From: Nageia nagi
Taxonomy: Eukaryota; Plantae; Pinophyta
Assembly: GCA_050084985.1 (NCBI GenBank)
Contig: JBITNC010000001.1
Coordinates: 215,822,001 to 215,886,000, forward strand
DNA: 64,000 nucleotides
Reading direction: 5' to 3'
Both the position numbers and the translations under genes were made by a program. How positions within the stretch are numbered: position 1 is the first letter of the stretch; every line of letters starts with the position of its first letter. The notes under the pieces were generated by a model that did no database searches, was not told the DNA's origin, and saw only the letters and a list, made by a program, of their open reading frames with translations. Shown here one piece after another: positions 13,501 to 25,500 of the stretch.

Positions 13501-16500
13501 CATCATTGACTTCCCTTGCTCCAAACTCTTCCCCAACATCCATGTTAAAGATATCAAGGCTCTCATCCATGTCCACGCCCTATTCATGATTGGATGAAGG
13601 TTGGTGGGTCTCGACAATTATTTCTACAATGTTGCTGACGTTCCTTTGGGTCCTCTTCAAAGGTCTATCTTCTTCCGCAACCTCCCCAGACGTTGTTGAT
13701 GATCGAGACTGAGATCCCATTTTCAATTGTGCCCTCTTTGGCACTAATTCAAAGGTTGGGCATGTTGACATGACTTTCATTCCCCCCCATGGGAAACAAC
13801 ATGACAATGATCAGGTTGCGTTACTTACCCCCACTTGAAAGGACTTTAAACCCAAGGTTTATCCATCTTCAAAGCTGAAAGGAGCCTCCCGTGACTAAGG
13901 AAGAATGTCCTAGCAATTGGTGTTCTTTTCTCACGGAAATGACTCAGATGAGGATGTGCTTAGGGTGGTTAACTCACAATTTATTTACGAACCTAATGGG
14001 CTTTCTCTACAGTTTTCTTTGTCTACGTGATGGCACTTGAAGAAAAAGGATATTAGGAAGAAGTAAGGAGGGTTTGATAGTTGATGGTGAGATAAGTGAT
14101 GATTATGTACCGTCGTACACGGTTTGGGGCTTTAGCTTTCGGATTTATTAGAAATTTCTACTAGGAGTATCAAGAAGGGGACGAAATGACTTGGTCCAAA
14201 TCTTTCCCAAGCAAGAGCACGAGGCAATACTCACGAAAGAAGTGTGAACTATGGTTGATCATTCAATCATCCATTTCCCAACAAATAAGACCAATCAAAT
14301 ATCATAAAAGCAGAGTAATCCCAAAATATTACAACTTTATGCAGATTATAGAAGCGACCATTCATCCATCTAAGAAAAGTATTCAATCATCTTACCCTAA
14401 AGTGCCAAACTTTCAAAGGAAATGCTTGTAAATGCATAAATGATACAACATGATCCTCACATCATATACGCAACTACAATCCCATGAAATAAACAATCAT
14501 ACTTGCATTAACAACAAAGTTTTCCAGAATGATAAGTCATACATACATGCAGTGGAAACCTCAACTCCAAAATATACTTTCAAAAGATTTGCATTCAGCT
14601 CATGAAGAAATTGCTATATCTTGTACCTCCATAAATATATCTCTTCATCTACCTCTATATCTTTATATCCATATCCATCTATATCAAAAATGATGCGGTT
14701 AAGGGTACTTATAGTATGCATCTAACAACTTCATAAAATGAAACATCGCCCTAACATTAATTATAGAGTTTCCCTAAGCAACCATGCAACCCTAATACCA
14801 TATTCAAAAAAGCATAACCATCGACAGAAAGAAACTGCAGCTACAAAACACTGCTTAAACGTCACATCATTATTTGATCACACCAGATTAGATCAGATTT
14901 CATCAATCTATCTATTTACAAATAAAAGTGTATTCGAGAATGCAAATAACTAAAATATCTACAGTCCCAAAAGATACATATATCTATTTGTAAATTCTAA
15001 GCTAACGGGTAGCAATTTATAACAAGACAAGCTGATATAGAAGATAACAAATAACTGGAATCAAAATGACATTACCAAAAAAGACTGAATTTGTGTACTT
15101 ACCTTGCGGAGCGTACCTAATATGAATGAACGGAAGATACTGACGAAGCCTCAACAACGAATGGAGTTGTGAAGTGAGATGATCCAAAAAGAGGGCCGCG
15201 GGTGGTCTATTTCGTGCTCGGAAGGAATATCGACGGTCTGCTTTCGTCTACAAGGAGCACCGGCAGTATTCGTTAGACTATAGTCCGTTCTGAACTGACT
15301 CTGTATGCACCTCTGCCAAAGACCTTTATGATAATATATGGGCCAACCCAATTTAGCTTAAACTTTTCTTTAAGTTCATCTTTTGCTGTAGTAATAGAAA
15401 CATTCTCTTGAAGAACCATATCTCCAACCTCAAATGCTTTGGGCACCATTTTCTTTCCATAGGCCCTCTTTATTCTTTGCTAATATGTTCTAAGATGTTC
15501 TAGTGCATTAATTCTCTTCTCATCTAATGCCTCTAGCTGATTTAATCTTGCTTCCCATTGTTGTGGTCCCTTCATGATATCTTTGAGTGCAATTCTCAAA
15601 GAAGGGATCTCAATTTCAAGTTGAATGACTACTTCATCACCATACACAAAAGAGTATGGAGTAGCACCTGTTGCTGTTCTTTCGGTTGTTCTATATGCCC
15701 ATAAGGCATATGGTAATTGATCATGCCAATCTCTACCATTCTTTTTGATAGTTTTTGCCAATATCTTCTTAATTGTTTTATTTGTTGCTTCCACTTGTCC
15801 ATTCCCTCGGGGATAGTAAACTGAAGAAAATCTTTGTTCAACCTTCATCTTTTTACAAAATTCTCTGATATCTTTTCCTATGAAATTCGCACCATTATCC
15901 ATGATCAGCTTCTGAGGTATGCCAAATCTGCAAATGATATATTCCTTGATGAAATTGATAACATGTTTTTGTATAGTTGTCTTCAAAGGAATTGCCTCAG
16001 CCCATTTAGTGTAGTATTTGGCGGCAACCAAGATAAATTTCTGCCCTTCACTAGATGGAGGATTGATAACACCCATGAAATCCAAAGCCCACATTGAGAA
16101 AGGCCATGGTGATGTGACATAGTTCAACTCTTGAGCAGGTGTTAATTCTAAGTGTGCATGCTTTTGACATTGCTCACACTTCTTGACATGTTCATAACAA
16201 TCATATTCCATGGTGGGCCACTAATAACCCATCCTAATCAACTTGCCATAGACTGATCTTCCATTGAAATGACCTCCACATGCTCCTCCATGAGCATGCT
16301 CTAATGTTGTTTCAATCTTCTCATCATGAAGACATCTCAAAAGAATACCATTAAATGATCTTTTATAAAGTATATCACCAATAATAACATATTTCGAAGC
16401 AAGCCTTTTTATTCAAATCTATTCTCTCTTATCAAGTGTAGCATCAATAAAGTTATCCCTCAAATATCTGAATATGTGTTGGTACCAAGGACTTCCCTCA

Positions 16501-19500
16501 TAACCAACCTTTTGAGCCACACATACCATTTTCAAGTCAACCTTAGCAATTGATGGAGTTCCCGAGTTGTTGATAGTGAAAGTAGTCTCCCTACTTTCTA
16601 TCTCAATTGGTATAAGTGAAGCTGCACTTGCCATTGCATCAGCCAACCTGTTATTGTTCCTTGGAATATTTTCTAATTGATACTCTTCAAAACAAGCAAG
16701 GAGTTTTGTAACAAGAACTTTATATGAAATAAGCTTTTCATCCTTGGTGTTATAGATTTCATTGACTTGATTCACTATCAGATATCCTCTTCACCATTTG
16801 CTTCCACTTTATCTCCTTATAAATCTGGCACTCCCACCCGTCATTCCTCATGGCATAATAGTTCCATCTGGACTCTAGCCACCACTTGGGGTAGGCTCTC
16901 CATACAACATTCTTAGAGTTGTTCAAGACTTCCATGTCTACATGGGCCAACTTTCTATTTCTGCCATGGAGGAGAAGAAAAATGAGGTAGGAATTCATGT
17001 AAAATTTCTTAGAGGACCCAATGTGAGCTAGCTAGAATAAGAGGGAATCACTTATCACCTTGCTCCACTTTATTTTCTGCCGGTTTTCGATCACAGCAAT
17101 GAATCTGGTAAATTCCTTTCGGAATTTAAAATCATCATCTTTGCCAGTGACCCTGGACAACATGTTGATGATCCTGGACACTATGGGGTAGAAGTGTTGC
17201 CTCTTTGCATTCATCAACTTCTTCCCTGTAAATCCCTTTCTCTCATTTTCAAGCTAGTCTCTAATTAGATCCACGACTCGCGAAGACTTCTCATAGTAAT
17301 ATAGGGAATCCTTCTCAGTGTAGATGACCCCCTCGCCACTCCATTTGAAAGCCTCCTCGATCCCTTGTGGAGAGAAGTTGAGGATCTTCTTGTCATCGGT
17401 GTCATAAAGGGCACAGTCTTTGAAGTTAGCATGCCTGCCCACTTTGTAACACAGCTCAGGAAAAGGGGCAGCAAAAGGAATTAGGGTGGTCGTGGCTAGT
17501 CCTGATGTGCATATGACCTCTTTGAGGATTTGAAATTTATCTGACTCCCCAATAGCTTGTAACATCCGGATTGGGTCAATATGTAACTAGTTGGTGTCTC
17601 GAATGTTGGTGAAGTTGTTTTTGAATTTGGCCTACCTCAAAGGGTCCTCAAGATTCTCTTTAATCAACTCGATCTGAATGGGCTCGGTCAATCTGGCTAA
17701 CTACAAGTCTCTAGTTTTCCTAGTTTAGAGTTTATCTTTGACATCTCAAACCTGCACAAGTAGACCGGGTTAGTAACAACTAGGCTCAACAAACACAAGT
17801 GGGCTATACGGACGTGGTGCAAGAAGAATGCGGTGCCTGGCAGACATGTATACAAATGCAACAAACTTTGACAATAAATGTTTGTGACAAAAAAGATGGT
17901 CGGCCTTCCCCCACACAAAGTTGTTAGAAACATGACTTAAATGATCAATGCATGAATGCGTCCATTTCAGCCATCTTGTGGGACCCGATTTAAATAAACA
18001 TGCAAATATTCATGGACCTAGTCGCACTAAATCAGAATGTTATCTTTCTAACTTAGGCAAATGATACGACAACAAGGGTTGACCTCAGGTGACATGCAAA
18101 ATGGAAGGGGGACAATGCGATGCAAATGCCTGACTAACTAAAAACAAAAACAAAAATCTAACGCATGCATGGATAGATATTGGGACACAATGCATTTACG
18201 ATTCAAGTGACCATGCAACAAAATTTGACTTGATTGATGCAAATTTAGTGGTCACATTAAATTTAAGAGATGGACATCTATCTTCTTGGAATCATGCGAC
18301 CACATGCAAGAATGATTAATGCAAGGTGGGGTTAATGCAAAAACACAAGGAACTGAATTTGATGCAAAAGAGGGTGGTCGCATGCTTTTGGAGAGATGGG
18401 AATGTAACTTGATGAAACCATGTGACCAACATAATGAGACAAATGAAGTGTTGAATTGGATTAAGTCACCCCTGGTTCTCTTTTATAGATGCTTGAGGTT
18501 GCCAAGTGGCGAAGTCTTAAGGTGAGGATAAGTTTTTCAACAAGTGTCCATCTTTATGCAAAAGAAGTAAAGTGGTCACTAGTTTCAGAAATGATGCAAA
18601 TGTATCCTTGCGAAACCATGCGACCAAGAATAGGTGAATCAATGCGTTAAACTTGACCCAAAATGAAGTCAAGAAGGTGGTCGCAAAAACCTTCAAAAGA
18701 TGCAAATGTGACTTGTTGGGACCATGTGAACACTCCTTAAGTACTTAACCAAATTTTGGGGGGCGGAATTCTAAGCATGAGCTGGTCACATCTCTCAGGA
18801 AAGATGGAATTATAACTTCTTTGAACCATGCGACCACTTCAGATGCTAAGTTGACTTGGTAAAAATGAGTGCCTTTTTCCTATTTTATAGTACACACATC
18901 CGCCAAGTGTCCTTGATTGAAAGGTCAAAGTGAAGGGCCAACAAGAATAGGACAAGCTTCTTCAACATATGCTCAATGTCTGGGAGAGGGTGGTCGCACC
19001 ATTATCAAAAGATAAGATGCTATCTTTTCAAAACCGTGTGAACACCTTTTTGGGAGCTCTTTGATCAACACTTGACCAATTTAGAAGCCAAAATACTGAA
19101 AAATGAAGTGGTCACAAGTTTCAAACCTTGCGACCACCTTGGGGGTTGCACGCTGGGTTCACTGAGGTGAAAATGGGCGACTTTCCCTTTTATAGTGACC
19201 TTGCTTACCAAGTGTCTCCAACCATACGACCACAGTGAAGGCCCAAAGAGACTAGAACAAGTTCCTTCATGCATGTTCAACATCCAAGTGAGGGTGGTCG
19301 CACATTCCAGAAAGATGAAATTGCAACTTTTGCAAACCATGGAAACATAGACCTTTTTGAGGCTCCAATCTTGGTCTGAGAGAGGTGGTCGCATGGTTAC
19401 AAAAAGATGGATTTGTAACTTTCCAAAACCATGCGAAAACCTTCAAAATAGATCATTTTCTAATTTTTTAATCTTTGTTTCTCAAGATTGGGCTGAAAAA

Positions 19501-22500
19501 GGATGGTCACATGTTTTCCGAAAGATGGAGATGCAACTTTTAAAAAAACATGCGAAGGCCTTCAACATGGAGAATTTTTGGGGACTTAGTCATTTTTTAC
19601 ATTGAAGCTAGCTTAGACGGATGGTTGCACCATTCTACAAAGATGAAAATGTAACTTTTCTATGCCATGCGACCATCTTTGGGAGACTAAAAATGATCCA
19701 TGACTTAGCAATTTTTTTCTTCTTTTAAGTTTCATAGTGATTTTGAGATATCATGCACCAAATGAAAGAGGGAAGCCTTTGCAAAATTAATGTAAAATTC
19801 CTGGCTACTCATATAATCTTACTGATTTTGGCCATTTTGAGCATGATTTGAACTTCATTCTTGTCCCCAGAGATGGGTATTTCAGAAAGCATTTTCTTTG
19901 TTATAAGCAAGTCTTTTGGGTGCATTTTAAAGTTGCACTTCGGGCTTTTCTGATTAGCTTTCTCTTTATTATCTCTTGAGATGTTCCCTGGATCGAGCCT
20001 TTTGAGGCTCCTAATCTTCTTTCTAGACTTCGGGTCCCCACCGTTTTTTGCAAGAAAATGAGAGGGATGTGTTGAGGTGTCAACAGGGCCTTTACCTTTC
20101 CTTTGTGACATTGAAGGCCCCGAAGAAGCAAGTTTGTGGACTACATCCAAAATCTCTAAGGTTTTGTCATCTTTCTGTGCATCAGGAATATCATCGTGAG
20201 GACCCGTACTAGCTGCATCTTCATTCTCTGGTTCTTCCTCCCGTTCCTCCTCCAATTCTTCTCTAGGCAGGCTTTCATATTCCCCTTCCTCAAGTTCATT
20301 CTCATGGACATCATCCTCGTGCTCATTTTCTTATTCTCCTTTAGGGCTGTTGTTAGGCTCATACAAGGGGCCAAAAGATGCAGACCTAGATGGTGGAATG
20401 GTTTGGGATGGCTGTGAAGTTGATCCTCTAGATGGTCTTTGAGGAGGTGATGGATCCTTCTCCCTCTTTCTGACACACCTCACCATCTTGTCGGCTACCA
20501 CAAGCTCCAACTCTCTCATATCATGCTCATCCATTGTATCCCTAACTTGTTGCACCACCTGCTCAACTGGGTTCTTGCCATGCATGGATGCGTATTGGTC
20601 AACAGCTTCCTCAATCGTCGGGGGAAACTGAGTGACTATGGATGTAGATTCTTGTGGTCTTCTCCCTCTAGATTGTGCAACCTCTTGTCCATGGTGGCCT
20701 CCACTGTCCGTTGTTGCTTTTGAGCCTCTTCTTGCATCTTAGCACAGATTCTCTTCATTTCCACCTCACTGCTTACATTCCTGAACGAATCCTCATCTCT
20801 AAGTGGTTTATGTTCATAAGTCTTCTCTCTCTACTTCATGTTGAAACCGTGGTTTTTGTGCTTAGGATCATAGTGGCTTGCGACAGGCATATTCTTAAGT
20901 TAAACTTCCCCAACTCCTCTATCATCGAATTCACATCCGCCCAAGCTCTACATTGATAATCTCCCACTACGATCAGCAGATTCAAGATGACCGATTTCTT
21001 CTGCCATACGTGCTCATGCAGGTGGGTCAACTGCCTCATCATCTCCATCAAGAGCAATTTGTTACTCATATATCGAGGCAATTGGTACGGCTCTACGGCT
21101 GACCCATAAAGTCGAATATAGGAAAAGTAATGGTGATGGACGAAGAAGTCTCCATGCTTCCTCAATGCGTCTTGGGTTGAGTTTGAGATTCTAGCAACAA
21201 TGATCTCTCCCTTTAGCTCTTTATAGATTTCATACACCGATCCATTACTCTTCATCGCGAAATTATCCCATCTTTTTCCATTCTCCACTTAGGGTAGCAC
21301 TTCCACACAACATATGTTCCCTTTTGAATCAGGTTTGCCTCCCTAGAGCCTGTCTATACTTCCCATGAAGCAACAAGTACACCAAATAAGAGTTGAGATA
21401 GAACTTGCATGTGGTTCCTGTTGGGGTGTTTTTTCTTTCCTACCCTGAAGCAGTGAGAAAAATGCCAACACCTCAAGTGAAAGGACGTTACTCCCTCCCA
21501 CTATGGGGACTGGTTACCCCAAAGGTTAACTTCGCGACTTGGTGAAGATAACTCAGGGAATGGCTAAGATGTTTAAAGCTGCTACCAACATGAATATCAT
21601 GTGTGGATTCAAAGACTCGGATCGTCTTCGTGGCTAGATGGAGTTGTTTCTGGAAAATGCTGAAAGGGAAATAGGGTGCAAAAACCGCGAAAAGAAAGTG
21701 TAAAATAAAAGAAAATAAAGAAAGAAAAGATGGTGGAAAGACTTGTGGGTAGAGGATGCAACTATAGGCATGCAGACTCACGAGCTCGAGATAAGGTCCT
21801 CAAAAGTCGACTTGTTGGGTCTCGGCATGGGTTCCACGCACCCTCAATCCATTCCGCTAGCCAACAACACCAATGTTCTAGTGGAAGGAGCATGAAGCTG
21901 TGGCAAGGACGAAGTAGGATGGGTGAAGGTAACACTCGATGATTCGGGTGAAGTTCCTACTATAAACGACATCAACAAGACATCTTGAAGTATCCAAGCC
22001 TAAGATTGCAAATGACAAAATATCACCAACAATGTGCTAATTAATCACTTCATAAGATATACAAGCACTCTCTTGTCCACTCCACACAGAATTTATAGGA
22101 TGCACCAAGTGATGTAAATTAACACAAAGCAGCAATAGAACAAACTAGACAGCACTGTCAATCATTCATTCGAATTTGGCATGACAACATGAGAAGCATT
22201 TCATCATAATTACACATACTTACACCACATTTAACAACTTAGAGAATTTTTGGTCTAGCAAGCGAAAATTCCTTTCAATTGTTAAAGTGTCAATCCCCCC
22301 CCCTTTACAAATAAACCAAAATGGGGTATAAATAGTTTTGGAGCAACCATCAGTGTTGCCCTAACCCTAATTATGTGTTCCAAGAAAAATAAACGTGGTC
22401 CAATAATAAAGTGGCACATGGCATTACAAGATTTATTCCAACACTTGTGGGAGCAAATCCTCATCCATCACAAGGTTGTACAAAATTTAATAAGTCTTTG

Positions 22501-25500
22501 AAATCCAAATTTAAAATAGAATTGGAATAAATAAAATAAAATAAAACTGTTGCAACTGCAACAACATGCCGTTGTGCTCTTCTAGTACTCTTAGGCTCGT
22601 GTATCTCCCTGGCCTCTGCAACATTGAAATTGACCTATTCACCTTTTGAGCACCTACAAGGACAATCTAGTAGCCTACGTGTATCACTGGGATGACTTGG
22701 GACTGTCTTTGAAATTTGGCCATGTTGGACGTATGTCCCAAACTTGGAGCATTCCGGAGAAAGACAAGATTTTGTCTTTTGAAACGGTGCTCCCAACTCT
22801 CTCTTGAGCTAGATGTGACCTAAACTTACTCGTTTTTGCTCGTCCTGGTGTCCCAACTTACCGATTTTGCACAACGTACTAACCCAAAGGCCCCTCCCAA
22901 CCTAGTGCATGATTTCAAAAGACAAGATTTTGTCTTTTTGAAACTCCCTCCAACTTCTCCAACTCTTCCAATCTGGGCGCATGGTTTCAAAAGACAAGAT
23001 TTTGTCTTTTTGAAACTCCCTCCAACTTCTTCGGCTCTTCCAGTCTAGGCGCATGGTCCAGAAAGTCAGGATTCTATCTTCCAGAGGCATGCGTTGGGTT
23101 GTAGGTGGCCAGATTTGCTTCGTTTGGGTCTTTTGCTCCTGGGACTTAGTCAAATTTATAGTTCACTCCATTTTGGTGACTTCCTAGGCTTGGCGTATGC
23201 TCCCAAAAGTCATGAATTTGTCCTTTTGAGGCATGCGCCAACCCCTCTAGTCATGCTGGAGTGGGATCTAGGCTCCGAGGCTCCATGCCTTAACCAAATT
23301 TTCCACTTCATTTTGTTTGGAAGCCTTCCTACTCTAGGCGCATGCTCCCAAAAGACAAGATTTTGTCCTTGCGCTCACCCTAGGGATGCTTGCTCTTCAT
23401 TTTCCATTTCTCCACGCTCCCCACTCATCCGTCTCGACCCTTCATGTTCATGATGATACCTGAACTTGTTCATTTTTGCCCTTCTTGGTGTCCCAAGTTG
23501 TCAAATTTGCCCAACGAACTGGTCTAGAACACCTCCCAGGCTGAGCACATGATTTCAAAAGACAAGATTTTCTCTTTTCAAAACATGCACCCAACACTCT
23601 GGCTCCTCCAGTTTGGGCGCATGATCTAGAAAGACAAGATTGTCTTTATGGGGCATGCGTTGGGTTGGAGATGGTCAGATTGATTGAATTCTGGCTTTCT
23701 GCTCTCGAGACTTAACCAATTTTTCGTGTTTCTTCTATCTTGATGTCTTCCCAGGCTTGGTGCATGCTCCCAAAAGTCAAGAATTTATCTTTTTGAACTA
23801 TTTGCTAGCCCCTCTAGTCCTAATGAAGATGGATTTGGGCTTCAAGGCTCCATGCCTTAGCCAAATTTTGCAATTTGATCAAACTAGATGCCTTCCAACC
23901 CTTGGTGCATGCTCCCAAAAGACAAGATTTTGTCTTTTTAAGGCATGTGCCAACCTCTTGGGTGGGTCTGTTTCTCTTTTACGGCATTCAAACTCATCCA
24001 GGCGGCTTCCTAGCTTAGGTGCATGCTCCCAAAAGACAAGATTTTGTATTTTTGAGGTATGCGTTGGGCCTAGGGGTGGCCCAGTTTGCCTTTTCAAACT
24101 TAGATTCAGATTTGGACGTCTTCCCTACCTGAGCGCACGTCCCAAAAAGACAAGATTTTGTCTTCCTATGGCATGCGCTAAGTCTAATAGTGGTCCAGAC
24201 TCACTTGGCTTGTTTAGACTTGACACGGGTTCTCCTATCTCAACTAAACTCGATTTGAATTTCTAGACTTAGCTATTTCTTTTGAAGGATTCTGGTTTTC
24301 ATTTTGACATGAATAAGACCGAGCAGTTAAACACGCTTAGGTGATGGGATGATAAACATGGCTCCGAGTTAGACGGAGTCAAGAAGAAACAAGGCAAAAC
24401 ATGGTGTTGCATGAGTGTGAGTTGTGGAGGGTCCCCAAAATCACAAGATTTGGGGGTGAGTTGTGTAGAGCACAACATTAGCTAAAACAAAACAACAACA
24501 AAATGGCAAAGTGAATTAGACTTGACATATAACAGGTGACAACAAATGATGAACATAACGACACAACATCCTACTACAAAACCTAAATAGGTGGATACAC
24601 AGTGACTTGTGTCGTCCACTAGGAATGAACTTGTGTCAGCACTATCACTAACGACTGCATTGCCGATTTCATTATAGTGAGTGAACTCTCACTAGCTATT
24701 CGAGTAGCCATCAGGACACCTGCATTGCAATCTAGGTCCAGGGACATCAAGTTCATCGTTCCAACTATAGTCTCCAGAGAAAAGGACGATCCGTCCCTAA
24801 GCTCAATCGCTCTACAAATGTGTTCGTTACCTGTTACAGAAAATAACCAAGTTAGCATCACCCAGAGTGTCTGTTCCAACTGTAGTCTCTGGGAAAAGGA
24901 TGATCCATCCTTGAGCTTGGTCACTCTATTTAGGTGTTCCCGATGATATTCTTAAAGCTCGTATTTTTGTTCTTTCCATTTTTTTTCTCTTTTTTTTTTT
25001 GTGTTTTGTAGGAAAACTCAAAAAACATAAATTACAATATGGTACACATCCGAAGACGATAATTACGATTGAAAATAGTGCTTCAGATGCTTGCCATTAA
25101 CAGGCAACGTTAGTTATTCTCCTGTAAGATGCCTTAGCTTGAACATGGTAGGGCTTACCAAAGATGCAATCTGGAGAGGACCAAGCCAGAGTCTGTCGAA
25201 TTTCGCATGCTTTCCTTTGTCCACATGAGCCTTGTCCCATAGAAGGACTAGGACTCCGATTGTGAAGCTCTTCACTTGAGTGTTCTTATCGAACCATCTC
25301 TTGGTGTCCTGTTGTTGGCGAGTTAAGTTCTAAAATGCTCGCTCTCGCTTCTCCTCCAGATGAGTAAGGTTAACTAATTTGGTCTTCGAAACTTCATCAG
25401 CTTCCAAATAATCTGTCATTAATTGCATTGTGCTGATTTTCAGCTAGGTCGGCAAAACCGGGTCCGTTCCATAAACTAGTTCAAACAAGCTCATTTCGAG

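Larger units (their letters stand above)
13763..20085 (-). mobile_element. Family E Tat (Ogre/Retand-like) element, heavily internally deleted
   Basis: TGTTGACA...TGTCAACA termini; target duplication GGGCA/GGGCC; ends homologous to 48400-55057; contains an aRH-INT fragment. Confidence 0.85.
11378..21418 (-). mobile_element. Family A long LTR carrying the internal ORF; interrupted by a family E element (13763-20085) and cut at 21418
   Basis: U5 end TGCTGGGTGGTTTTTCTTTCCTACCC matches 21419 and 31192; ORF halves at 12506-13762 and 20086-21418 rejoin to match the uninterrupted copy at 39430-39520. Confidence 0.8.
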
